A DNA stretch of 64,000 bases from a virus (taxonomy: Duplodnaviria > Heunggongvirae > Uroviricota > Caudoviricetes): IMG/VR virus record IMGVR_UViG_3300046524_000235; one strand, given 5' to 3'. Positions 9,040-18,373 of this stretch are shown piece after piece (within the stretch, counting starts at the first letter, position 1; each line of letters starts with the position of its first letter). The translations under genes were made by a program, and so were the position numbers. The notes below the pieces were generated by a model, which worked only from the letters and a program-made list of their open reading frames with translations, was not told the DNA's origin and searched no databases.

Positions 9040-9657
9040 TTACAGATATGCTGCTGAATACACTTCGTGAGCGTTGTGATTGACCAGGCCCCGAGCCATG
9101 TCCGAATACGACAGCTTGTCGGCGTCAGTTGCGTAGACCGTAAGGACTTGACCGTTCAGGAGACGAGCTACTGCGTACTCCTTCGCCACGAGGTAATCCG
9201 CCGTGTCAGCCGGATTCTGCAGCGCTACGGCATAGTCGATCTTGAAGGCCTTGCCGATCTTGGTACGCTTGAACACGAACGTGATCGTGCGAGTTGCGAT
9301 GTCCGGAATCGCCGCGAACAGCAGTTCATCCAGGAACGTCTCGAAGCCATTCCGAGCCGTCGTCGGATCTTGCTGCTTACGTTCTACGAACACGGTTTCT
9401 TGCACCGTCGAGAACTCCAGGCCGTGCTTCGCAACTTCTTCCGCGATTGCGGCCTTGCGAACTGCACGGTTGACCTTCGAATTCTGGAACTTGTCCTTCA
9501 GCCGGGAGTTCGTGATCTTGTCGCGGAGGTTGTCCGTTATAGCAGCACGTTGTTCCGACGTGTGGTCAGGATGCTTTTGCATCCAGCGGTTGAGCGCAAT
9601 GCTGACTTGCGATTCAACGGCGTTTTGATTCAGAAAATGCTGAGTTTCTGCGGTCAT
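9040..9657 (-). CDS. Hypothetical protein
   Basis: 205-aa ORF with coding-like composition, co-oriented with neighbours. Confidence 0.65.
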   Translation of the reverse strand: MTAETQHFLNQNAVESQVSIALNRWMQKHPDHTSEQRAAITDNLRDKITNSRLKDKFQNSKVNRAVRKAAIAEEVAKHGLEFSTVQETVFVERKQQDPTTARNGFETFLDELLFAAIPDIATRTITFVFKRTKIGKAFKIDYAVALQNPADTADYLVAKEYAVARLLNGQVLTVYATDADKLSYSDMARGLVNHNAHEVYSAAYL

Positions 9658-9696
9658 CTTATTTTTACCCTTCTTGGTCAGGTCTTTACTACGGGG

Positions 9697-9936
9697 TTAA
9701 TGTTGTGGTCTAAGCCAGAGGTACAAGCCGTTCTCCGGAATCTGGAAAGGTTCGGGAGCGGAAAGACTATGTTTGCCCTCAGAACCCTTATGCCAATTCG
9801 GTGCTTCAATATTGACTTTCGTCTGCTCAATAGCGCATTCAACTGCTGGCGTATGGCAAACATTGCAGGTCCGAATAAGCAAGTTCTTGGGAACTTTCTT
9901 ACTGGCCTGCTTGAGACAGGGAATACAGGTCCACAT
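9697..9936 (-). CDS. Small putative zinc-finger protein
   Basis: CIPC...CNVC pair; follows promoter motif at 9976; RBS weak. Confidence 0.45.
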   Translation of the reverse strand: MWTCIPCLKQASKKVPKNLLIRTCNVCHTPAVECAIEQTKVNIEAPNWHKGSEGKHSLSAPEPFQIPENGLYLWLRPQH

Positions 9937-9976
9937 GATGAAATCCGGTAAAAAGTTACAGGTTTACCCAATAACC

Positions 9977-11779
9977 TTATACCAAATTAGCATCTGATTC
10001 TCTAAGTTTGTGAGCTATGTCAACGAGAAGTTCTTCCCGAATGCTCATCTTATCAACTGCTGCTTTCCTGATTTGATGTTCGATTGATGTATTTGCGAAT
10101 ATACGGTAATAGTCACAAACGTGTTTTTGACCGATACGGTGAATACGGTCTTGTTGTTGTAGATATACTTCCAAGCTAAAGTTCATACTGTAAAAGATTT
10201 CAGTGTGAACTTCTGGGCTAATGTTTGGCATTACCTCGTATTCACTATCTGAGTCTTCTAGTTTCTCAATCGTAGTTCCAAGAACAGTAATACCGTAGTT
10301 AACTGCCTTAGCTTGACAGATCAAATACTGAATTGCTGGATTGGCATTATACTCACGAACCTTCTTCCCGATATTCGATTCTCCACCTTTGATTACAGAA
10401 TAGGTTTTACCTTCTTTCTGCATCATAGCTTCAATAAGTTCAAGCTCTGCTGACATGTTGAACCAGATAATCGCTTTCTTAATCGGAATCTTGTTTACAC
10501 AAATATCACGCAACGCTTCAACCTTAGGTTGCTCATCGAAGAACAGAGTTTCACGCTTTGGTTTACGCTTGCGTTCACTTCCGTCTTGCAGAAGGTCGTC
10601 TAAGTCATTAGCTGCAAAGGCATCGGTCTTCTTAATATCTACTTCAGGCTTATCAGTCTTGTACAGAAACCCGTTTGAGATCTGATACAACTTACTGAGC
10701 ATAACCAGAGGATTATCGATTTCAATGAAGTTTCCTCTAAACTCAGCAATGTAATTCTTCATCAAGGAGTTATACACTTCCTTTTGCTGAGCAGATGGCG
10801 TCACATAAACATCATGAAATACCTTCTCTGGAATCTTTCCTTTAAGCCACTCTTCCTTCGTCATTACGATAGAACAGGACTCAAGAATGGACCTGGCAAT
10901 ATCCATGCCCTTAAACGCGACAATAGCTTGGACTGAGCCTTGTTCTCCTTTCTTGACAGCTACCTTAACAGCATGGCGATCAAGAAAGTTACGATAGTTC
11001 CAACCAACCAATGCTGGTTGCAAATACCGTACTGGACAGAACACATCCATAATACTATTGTTAATAAGCGTTCCAGAGCCACCAGTTCTGTACGGGATTA
11101 CTTTTGAAATCTCAGTTAATGCTTTTGTTCTTGTCGTCTTTGGATCTTTGATTAAGAACTCGTCCAAGTGAATGTATTCATAACCAACTTCTTTTAGGTT
11201 CTGTTCAAATGTTACAGCCTTGTTATAGTTGATGATTGTCACTCGGTTATTAAGAATCCCTTCTTTTTCCTTCTCCCAATTCGTTGTCTTAACTGTGTAA
11301 AAAGTAAGGTCAGGACGATGGAACTTGATTTCGTCTTCCCATACGAAAAGCAAAGGCTTCGGGCAAACGATAACTACTCTCTTAAAACCCATAAGGGCAA
11401 TGTAGTCCAGAGTTACTTTGGACTTACCCATGCCTGGATCTAAAAGAATACCTCCGCTTCCTACTGTGTAAATGTAGCGCAGAGCAATTCTCTGAAAGTC
11501 CATAGGTTCAGTGAAGAACTTGAATGATTCAGGGATTTCTTTAAGTTTTGGAGTTGAGGTTAGAAATTCGTGAACGTCTAAATCGACTTTGAATTTCATC
11601 GTTTTGAAATCGTTTCTCATACGCATGTATACGTTACGAGCAACGGCCCATGTGGCGGGTACAAAGAAATACGGCCCATCACGTAGAAAGGCCGGAAATT
11701 CCATTAACTTCTTGTATTCTTTGATATCTTCATTAATGAACAATACCCTTGTTTTATTTTGGTTGAATCTTACTAGCAA
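9977..11779 (-). CDS. SNF2-family helicase/ATPase
   Basis: DPGMGKS Walker A, LDEFL Walker B variant, SGTLINN, QQQDRIHRIGQ motif VI. Confidence 0.88.
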   Translation of the reverse strand: MLVRFNQNKTRVLFINEDIKEYKKLMEFPAFLRDGPYFFVPATWAVARNVYMRMRNDFKTMKFKVDLDVHEFLTSTPKLKEIPESFKFFTEPMDFQRIALRYIYTVGSGGILLDPGMGKSKVTLDYIALMGFKRVVIVCPKPLLFVWEDEIKFHRPDLTFYTVKTTNWEKEKEGILNNRVTIINYNKAVTFEQNLKEVGYEYIHLDEFLIKDPKTTRTKALTEISKVIPYRTGGSGTLINNSIMDVFCPVRYLQPALVGWNYRNFLDRHAVKVAVKKGEQGSVQAIVAFKGMDIARSILESCSIVMTKEEWLKGKIPEKVFHDVYVTPSAQQKEVYNSLMKNYIAEFRGNFIEIDNPLVMLSKLYQISNGFLYKTDKPEVDIKKTDAFAANDLDDLLQDGSERKRKPKRETLFFDEQPKVEALRDICVNKIPIKKAIIWFNMSAELELIEAMMQKEGKTYSVIKGGESNIGKKVREYNANPAIQYLICQAKAVNYGITVLGTTIEKLEDSDSEYEVMPNISPEVHTEIFYSMNFSLEVYLQQQDRIHRIGQKHVCDYYRIFANTSIEHQIRKAAVDKMSIREELLVDIAHKLRESDANLV

Positions 11780-12026
11780 TCTTTAATGTCTCAATATCAA
11801 AGTCAATCATCGTGCAGAATTCTTTCACCATATTAATGTCTAACTTTAGATCTCTAATATGTCTAAACATAAATAACATCGAATTAAAGTCTTCTGTGTC
11901 GAACTGCCACTTACGAAGAATGTCGTATTTGTTTTGCTGCCAAAAAAATGGATTGTCTATATCAATGTATTCTTTAATACGATATTGAAGCCGACCGTCC
12001 ACGTCTAGAAATGCATATCCTTTCAT
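11754..12026 (-). CDS. Hypothetical protein
   Basis: 90-aa ORF overlapping both neighbours. Confidence 0.6.
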   Translation of the reverse strand: MKGYAFLDVDGRLQYRIKEYIDIDNPFFWQQNKYDILRKWQFDTEDFNSMLFMFRHIRDLKLDINMVKEFCTMIDFDIETLKIASKIQPK

Positions 12027-12490
12027 CAGTTGTAATTGATTAAAATACCGCCAGCAAATGCGAATGCATCTGCGAAATTAGGCTCTATAGAATCTACGAT
12101 CTCACAAGCTTTTTCTTTACTGCCACAACGAAGTACTATAATGTCCTTCTGAATGTGTTCGATCTTCTCTTTTGGAATTTTTGCCCAGAAAGATAGTCCA
12201 CGCTCTTGAGCGTTCAAGTCTTTTAGAACAACAATGCTTTCATGTGGATAACGAGATCTGACCCATTGACCTAGAACCTCTCCGTATGAGAAGCCTTCTA
12301 GCTTGCTCTCTGATTGGATAAGCGCAGCTTGAGCAATACCAACATGTTTCCAATAAGTGTTAAAACTATTGAAATACATAGAATACTGGCTGCTGTAATA
12401 CTTTGATCCATGACGGTCTCTCCAAGGCCAACGCCTTGTTATAGTGTCTCCGTGATATTCGTAGACAATGCCGTTTTCTGTGAGTTTCAT
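12026..12490 (-). CDS. Hypothetical protein
   Basis: 154-aa ORF, stop/start coupled with the next gene. Confidence 0.6.
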   Translation of the reverse strand: MKLTENGIVYEYHGDTITRRWPWRDRHGSKYYSSQYSMYFNSFNTYWKHVGIAQAALIQSESKLEGFSYGEVLGQWVRSRYPHESIVVLKDLNAQERGLSFWAKIPKEKIEHIQKDIIVLRCGSKEKACEIVDSIEPNFADAFAFAGGILINYN

Positions 12491-12565
12491 AGTTGAAGCC
12501 TAAAAATAAATGCTGTAAAATAAGCCATAGATATTGTACCATAACTCAATCGGAATTCAACAAAT

Positions 12566-13753
12566 ATGTCTACACCAGGTTTCGTCGCTCAGGACAGCAA
12601 CTCACTAACAACAGTGCGTTACTTCACCCAATTCGACCCATATCACTATGCAGTTGATAACAGACCGCTAACTGACCTAGCTCAGAATATTGCCACTATC
12701 GGTTCTGGCGGTGGCGACTCTGCTAGACGTGCTGTTCTTATTAACGAGCTTTCTCTAGCGTCTGTGTTTCAAGAGTTGTTCTCTAATGCCAACAACTCAA
12801 TGGTTATGTCAGGGCTATCAGTTAGCTTTCCTGGCTCAAACATCATTACGATCAATCCGGGCTCTGTTTACCAAGCTCAGGCAACAAATGACGCCATTGC
12901 TCAAACCATTGTCAAGCAGGCACTTCTATTCGCCCCTGTTAGCTTTAACCTCGTTTCACCTACGAACGCAGGCACATCTATTTCTTATGTTGTAGAAGCT
13001 CAGTTTTCTGATTTGTCTTCTGTAAACATGGCCTCTTCAGGTCTTCCAGCTTCGTTTCTGGATTCTACTAATTCGTTCTTGCCTTGCTTGCTTCTGAATA
13101 AAGAACTTAAGCTTCAGCTTAAAGCAGGTACGCAAGCACCTACTGGCACCCAGGTTGAACCGGCTATCGACGCAGGATGGTTTCCCCTGTATACGTTCGT
13201 AACTACGTTCGGTATTACCAACCCTACTGTATTTGCAAATTCTGCAGCACCGTTCCTTAAAGGTATTAATCTTTCAGTTGACGCGGCTGCACTTCTGTCA
13301 AACTCAGCTACGCAAACTACTGTTGCAGGTATTCCTGCTTGGACCTTTGCAAATGCTGCTACTCAAGGTGTAGCTGTTCCAGTTCCACTTCGTAGCCAGA
13401 ACACAAATCCGTATGTTCCTATTAAGCTTCGTATTGCTTTCTCAGGAGACGCTGCTGGCAATAACTTCGCCCTGCAACTCTCATACCTTGCAACTGGCGT
13501 AGGTGACAGTACTACTTCAGGTCTTACTACAACGGGCGTTGAAACAGTAGCTATGAACGTTTCTGCAAACGCAGTTCAAACGTATGCAACTGCAACGGCT
13601 ATTATTCCGTCAACCGCATTTTCAGGTTTCGTAAATAACCAGTGGGTAATCAACAAAGAGAAGCTATTCGTTACTCTGAATAGACTTGGCTCAAACGCTG
13701 CTGATACCAACACTGGTAACTTACGTATTCATGATATTGTTGTTTTTCAATAA
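12566..13753 (+). CDS. Probable virion structural protein (baseplate/fibre-associated)
   Basis: 395 aa, Ala/Thr/Ser/Asn-rich beta-type composition; preceded by TAAAATA. Confidence 0.55.
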   Translation: MSTPGFVAQDSNSLTTVRYFTQFDPYHYAVDNRPLTDLAQNIATIGSGGGDSARRAVLINELSLASVFQELFSNANNSMVMSGLSVSFPGSNIITINPGSVYQAQATNDAIAQTIVKQALLFAPVSFNLVSPTNAGTSISYVVEAQFSDLSSVNMASSGLPASFLDSTNSFLPCLLLNKELKLQLKAGTQAPTGTQVEPAIDAGWFPLYTFVTTFGITNPTVFANSAAPFLKGINLSVDAAALLSNSATQTTVAGIPAWTFANAATQGVAVPVPLRSQNTNPYVPIKLRIAFSGDAAGNNFALQLSYLATGVGDSTTSGLTTTGVETVAMNVSANAVQTYATATAIIPSTAFSGFVNNQWVINKEKLFVTLNRLGSNAADTNTGNLRIHDIVVFQ

Positions 13754-14068
13754 ACCATCACATAGCTTATAGATTTCTCTCAAGTGAGAGAGAATAGTCG
13801 GGGCGTTCTCTTGATTAATGTTCGGGAGTTCTGCCCCGAATTTCATTGCGAGGTTAGCAAGCTTCTCGATCACTGCACCCCTAATACTTTTTTGATCAAT
13901 GAGTTGACTTGTTCGAAGGATCATTGCTTCCATCTCATCTAAAAAATTAGGTTTGACGAGTGGATGTGAATGGATAAAAATAAGCTCCGAAGTGGGAATA
14001 TATGAATTCGATCCTTTGAAGTAATTTAGGATCTGTGGATTTTTAAAACTGAAATCTGCTAATGCCAT
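13721..14068 (-). CDS. Hypothetical protein
   Basis: 115-aa ORF with AGGA RBS; convergent overlap with 12566..13753. Confidence 0.55.
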   Translation of the reverse strand: MALADFSFKNPQILNYFKGSNSYIPTSELIFIHSHPLVKPNFLDEMEAMILRTSQLIDQKSIRGAVIEKLANLAMKFGAELPNINQENAPTILSHLREIYKLCDGLLKNNNIMNT

Positions 14069-14138
14069 TATTGTGTCCTGTAATATCCTTAGTTTAAGGA
14101 AGACCCGCAGTTTCTACGGGCCTTCGTATTAAATTGCG

Positions 14139-14828
14139 TTAGAGGTTCATGATATTGGATTTGTTGTTTCCAAGCAAGCTGGAACCAACCGCAATGCCCC
14201 CGCCAAGTACTGCGAGAGTAGCTGCACCCAAGAGACCCCAGATGATGCCTTTTTTGACGCGCTCGTTGTTTCTATGCTTGCGGTCATCGTCGGCTTTTTC
14301 TTCATCGGTCCTCGTGTCCTCTTCCCTATGATCGTCATCGCCATGTGCGGCCTTGCGTTTGCCGCTGCCATATCCCTTTGGGTTATCATTGGTTTCTTGT
14401 GCATTACTGCCGACCGGCAGAAATGGGTCTTCTCTCTTTAAACTCATAGACGCCTCTTCACCATTTTCTTCGCTGTAAATAACCTGAAGCTGGCCAACTT
14501 CTGAACCTATAACTTCTTCACTACCGATGTCTCCCGGGTGATTCCCCGCCTCGTGTATGACATCGTCTAGGTTATCTACATTGGTTAACGCTTTTTCACT
14601 ACCGTTTACACCAGAGAAAACTACTCCTTCGAATGGATCAGATTCTTGGAGTTTTTTGACCTTACCGCGTACGTAACGATTGGAGACGTACCCTCCGATT
14701 GCATCTCGATCCCTATTGCCAAGGATGCTTCCCACTTCCAGAAGCTGATCTTGCCAATCATGAGATTGATTTGTAACCCCTGACATAGTCGGCCTCGTTT
14801 TGTTAGTCTTCGAGTTCCTGTTCTTCAT
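14139..14828 (-). CDS. Acidic disordered protein with C-terminal TM anchor
   Basis: Gly-rich hydrophobic tail GIIWGLLGAATLAVLGGGIAVG. Confidence 0.65.
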   Translation of the reverse strand: MKNRNSKTNKTRPTMSGVTNQSHDWQDQLLEVGSILGNRDRDAIGGYVSNRYVRGKVKKLQESDPFEGVVFSGVNGSEKALTNVDNLDDVIHEAGNHPGDIGSEEVIGSEVGQLQVIYSEENGEEASMSLKREDPFLPVGSNAQETNDNPKGYGSGKRKAAHGDDDHREEDTRTDEEKADDDRKHRNNERVKKGIIWGLLGAATLAVLGGGIAVGSSLLGNNKSNIMNL

Positions 14829-14845
14829 ATATGTCAGGGTATCTT

Positions 14846-15067
14846 CTACCTATGTGCACTAGCCGAACTGCCGCCACTGGACCGCTCACGCGATGCACGG
14901 TAGTTCTCTTGGGCAACGCCAGCACTGTATCCGGCAATGACCGCCATCAGCGCAAAGCCTGCAACCTTGAGAATGCCCTTGAGAAAACCTCCCGCAATCT
15001 TCTCAGCGTCCAGTTCCCCGTTATCCAGATCCAGGTCCGGATCGTATGGTCTCTTTTCGTATGCCAT
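14846..15067 (-). CDS. Small membrane protein
   Basis: Start at ATG 15067 with GGAG RBS; hydrophobic segment VAGFALMAVIAGYSAGVA. Confidence 0.6.
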   Translation of the reverse strand: MAYEKRPYDPDLDLDNGELDAEKIAGGFLKGILKVAGFALMAVIAGYSAGVAQENYRASRERSSGGSSASAHR

Positions 15068-15177
15068 TTGAAACTCCAAAATTAAACAGCACTTAATACT
15101 AACAACGCCCGTTGTAAAACTTCAAAACAGAAGGTTTGTTTTTAACTCCTGTTCCTTTTTTGGTCTGACTGAAATTA

Positions 15178-15342
15178 TTAGTGGTGTCTCAAGGTACGCC
15201 CTTCCTGGGAGACAAGTAACACAGAGATCAAAAGACCGCCGACGACTACGCCCGCAGAATGAACGATTTCCTTGAAGACGCCGCCGATGATTCTCGATGA
15301 CTGTGCCTCTTTATCTGTGGTTCGGGGCTTGTATTGGGACAT
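15178..15342 (-). CDS. 54-aa membrane micro-protein (not in ORF track)
   Basis: AGGAG RBS; MSQYKPRTTDKEAQSSRIIGGVFKEIVHSAGVVVGGLLISVLLVSQEGRTLRHH. Confidence 0.65.
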   Translation of the reverse strand: MSQYKPRTTDKEAQSSRIIGGVFKEIVHSAGVVVGGLLISVLLVSQEGRTLRHH

Positions 15343-15559
15343 GACTAACTCCTAATTAAGTGAGGCATCAAGCAGATAGTTGACGTTGGCTCCTAGCCTT
15401 TAAAAGTAAAGTTTTATTCGTTTTTAGTGGTGATACTTTTTACTACAATATACTTATACCAATAATTGACCCTATTTCAGGAAACTAAAAAAACCGGGCG
15501 AGGTCCCGGTTTTCTAGGTGAAGAGTGGGGACTGGATTTCTCCAGTGCCCCTGCACAGC

Positions 15560-15934
15560 TTACTCTGCCGTGACGTGGAATTCGGGATTGTCCGAACCCG
15601 TGGTACCGACGACCGTGCGGTTCATGCGGCTTTGCACCAGCACCGTACCACCGACGCCGAGAGCAGCTCCGACGACGATGCTTCCTGCTGCCAGAACCGA
15701 GCGGTTCATGTGGCGGAAGAATGCACCGACGCGGCTTTCGCCTTCGATGATCGCCGCAGCATCTTCGTAGCGACCGGCTGCCTTCTTGGCACGGAGCGCT
15801 TCCGACTTGAGACGGCGGTTCTCTGCTTCCAGCTCTTCCGAGCGTTCACGAGCCTGGCGAAGCTCGTCGTTCGACAGCGTTTCTTCGTTCTTGCCTGCTT
15901 CGTTCTTGCCTGCTTCCGGTTTTTGCGTCGTCAT
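15560..15934 (-). CDS. Coiled-coil protein with C-terminal TM segment
   Basis: AAGGAG RBS before ATG 15934; tandem 15-nt repeat (EAGKN x2); hydrophobic VLAAGSIVVGAALGVGGTVLV. Confidence 0.7.
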   Translation of the reverse strand: MTTQKPEAGKNEAGKNEETLSNDELRQARERSEELEAENRRLKSEALRAKKAAGRYEDAAAIIEGESRVGAFFRHMNRSVLAAGSIVVGAALGVGGTVLVQSRMNRTVVGTTGSDNPEFHVTAE

Positions 15935-16164
15935 GATGTTGCTCCTTAAAGGATTTTGATTTCGGGAGGAAACTACAATATTATTACACAGCACTTATAC
16001 CAAGCTGCGACCCTGAAAATTGAATATCGCTCGACTAATCAAAACGATACTGTTTCCCGGTACTTTACTTATACCAAGAGTGACCCCGGAAAATTGAATT
16101 TTTACCATTTGACTTGGATCAGGGGTCAGTTTAAAATACGGTTATCTATTAATCTGGCCAAGAC

Positions 16165-18063
16165 ATGTCAAATAACGGCTTTTACGTACCATACCAACCT
16201 CCTCCTATTCCAGGAACTTCCGGTCAGCTGCCGGGAGCAGGCAATTTTGCAACTGCAGGGAGTCCTTGGTTCTCGGTCTCGAATCAATTCTTACCGAGAA
16301 ATCTTCACGATGTAATCAGATGGGCTAAGTACATCACCGTTCAATCACCGGTGACGACTGAGGTCATCCGTAAATTTGCAACGTATCCTATTACTGAATT
16401 TGTAGTACGTACAAAATCAGATGCTACGAAACGCAAGTACGAAGAAGTATTCAAGAGTTTCAAGCTTAAATCAGCGCTTCACAATATTGGCTTCGAGTAT
16501 TACACAGTAGGTAACGTATTTATCTCTATCTACTTTCCTATTCACCGTACGCTGCACTGCCCACTTTGTAATGGTAATACCTCTGCTAAAGCTGCAGAGT
16601 TCACACAGTTCAAAAACTACGAATTCGTAGGTAACTGCCCTCATTGTGATGCCAAAGGCGTTACGTTTACACGTAGAGACGCTAAGTCAATGAACGTGGA
16701 AGATATGAATCTGATTCAATGGGATCCGATCAATATCAACGTTAACTTCAACCCTATCACTGGCGAATACGAATACTTCTACAAGATTCCAAACGACGTT
16801 AAACGTAAAGTTCGTGAAGGGGATAAGCTATTCGTGAACAGTGTTCCGTGGGGATTTATTGAAGCTGTAAAGAATAACCAAGACTTCAAGTTCGATAAGA
16901 ATAATCTGTTCCACTTGCAGAATCTATCCGCAGGCCAACAGATTAATGGCGTTGCCGTACCTCCGCTTATTTCACTATTCTACCTTGTTTTCTATCAGGC
17001 AACGCTTCGTAAAGCAAACGAGTCTGTAGCTACTGACTTTATGTCTCCGCTTCGTGTGATTTTCCCGCAAGCTCAGACAGCTAACAGCGATCCTGTGTCA
17101 CAGATCAGTCTACGTAACTTCGTAGAACGTATGCAGGCTAATTTGGTCAAGCATAAGCAAGACAATAACCACGTTGTAGTTGCGCCAGTACCTATCGGTT
17201 ACCAAGCTATTAGCGGTGAAGGCAAGAGTCTTCTCGTAGCTTCTGAAATCCAACAAGCTGAAGATTCAATTCTTCTGGCTCTTGGCGTTTCGAGAGAGTT
17301 GCTTGCAGGTACGACTAACTGGACTAGTTCAACGACTGGACTTCGTCTGTTAGAAAATACTATGCTTTGCTATACCGGTCAGATTGCCGATCTTATTACT
17401 TGGATCATGGCTCGTGTATCAAAGTACCTGAACCTTGAGACTTGTGATGTTGATCTTGCACCGTTCAAGCTAACTGACGACCTGAATCTACAACAAATGC
17501 TTATCCAAGCAGTTCAGTCAAACAATGGTTCACTGTCAAGCCTGTACGAATCCTTCGGTATGAACTTTGGCGAAGAGCTTGACAAGATGCGTGAAGATGC
17601 TATTTCTCGTGCTGTTAGCGAAGTTAAGACGAAGCTCGAAGTTGATCAAAGCACGTACTTGGCTGCTCGTGAAACTGGGGATTCGTTTGACCGTAACAAC
17701 GACTATAAAACAGCTCTAGCTAAGGCTCAGCAAATTGCTGAACAGCTTTATACTGCTGACGATGGTACGAAACGTGCTATACTTAACCGTCTAAAATTAG
17801 AAGATTATGCGATGTTCATGCTCGTCGCTAAACTTCTTGAAGAGTACGCAGAAAATCAGCAGGCCCAAATGGCTATGCAACAGGTTGGACCGGATGGTAA
17901 ACCGATTCCAGGACAACCGGGTCAGCAAGCACCGGCCGGGCCGGGCGGAGAAGAAAAGGCTGCTGACGAACCAACAAATGGGGCCGGTAGTCCAGAACAT
18001 CAAAATGGATCTGGAGAAGAGAAGCAAAACGATACTTCTAGCGGCCCTGCTGAACAACAGTAA
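16165..18063 (+). CDS. Portal protein (with Zn-ribbon-like insertion)
   Basis: 632 aa, first gene of late block; helical portal-like architecture with Q/P/G-rich C-terminal tail; CPLC...CPHC insertion. Assigned from context and remembered resemblance. Confidence 0.65.
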   Translation: MSNNGFYVPYQPPPIPGTSGQLPGAGNFATAGSPWFSVSNQFLPRNLHDVIRWAKYITVQSPVTTEVIRKFATYPITEFVVRTKSDATKRKYEEVFKSFKLKSALHNIGFEYYTVGNVFISIYFPIHRTLHCPLCNGNTSAKAAEFTQFKNYEFVGNCPHCDAKGVTFTRRDAKSMNVEDMNLIQWDPININVNFNPITGEYEYFYKIPNDVKRKVREGDKLFVNSVPWGFIEAVKNNQDFKFDKNNLFHLQNLSAGQQINGVAVPPLISLFYLVFYQATLRKANESVATDFMSPLRVIFPQAQTANSDPVSQISLRNFVERMQANLVKHKQDNNHVVVAPVPIGYQAISGEGKSLLVASEIQQAEDSILLALGVSRELLAGTTNWTSSTTGLRLLENTMLCYTGQIADLITWIMARVSKYLNLETCDVDLAPFKLTDDLNLQQMLIQAVQSNNGSLSSLYESFGMNFGEELDKMREDAISRAVSEVKTKLEVDQSTYLAARETGDSFDRNNDYKTALAKAQQIAEQLYTADDGTKRAILNRLKLEDYAMFMLVAKLLEEYAENQQAQMAMQQVGPDGKPIPGQPGQQAPAGPGGEEKAADEPTNGAGSPEHQNGSGEEKQNDTSSGPAEQQ

Positions 18064-18076
18064 GAAAGGATAATAA

Positions 18077-18373
18077 ATGGCTTCAAAAGACGGCGTTACA
18101 AATGGACTCAGTCCTTCTGAACCAATTACGTTTCCGGGCTTCGGCCCGAAACAGGTTGATGAAGGTGATTTTAATAACTACAGAGTTAGATACGCTCAAA
18201 TAGATATTATGGACCCAGGCTCAAGAGCAGAGCTTGAAATCATTGAAACAAAAGCAGTTAAGGGACAAGGGGTTATTATCCTGACGAAGGATAAATTCAC
18301 CTTCATGGATAAATACTATATGGTAGTAAGCTACCTGGAATTAGAGACACGAGATGCCGACACCAGCCGATAA
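18077..18373 (+). CDS. Hypothetical protein
   Basis: 98-aa ORF with AAGGA RBS between portal and RNAP. Confidence 0.6.
   Translation: MASKDGVTNGLSPSEPITFPGFGPKQVDEGDFNNYRVRYAQIDIMDPGSRAELEIIETKAVKGQGVIILTKDKFTFMDKYYMVVSYLELETRDADTSR

Noticed and set aside
7226-9951. Long plus-strand ORFs 7226..7690, 8379..9017, 9067..9951 and 9242..9628
   Set aside because: These are antisense shadows of GC-rich minus-strand genes, with Arg/Cys-rich unnatural composition and no RBS.
15883-15915. 15-nt tandem repeat as a regulatory or contingency locus
   Set aside because: It is an in-frame duplication (EAGKN x2) in a disordered N-terminus with only two copies.
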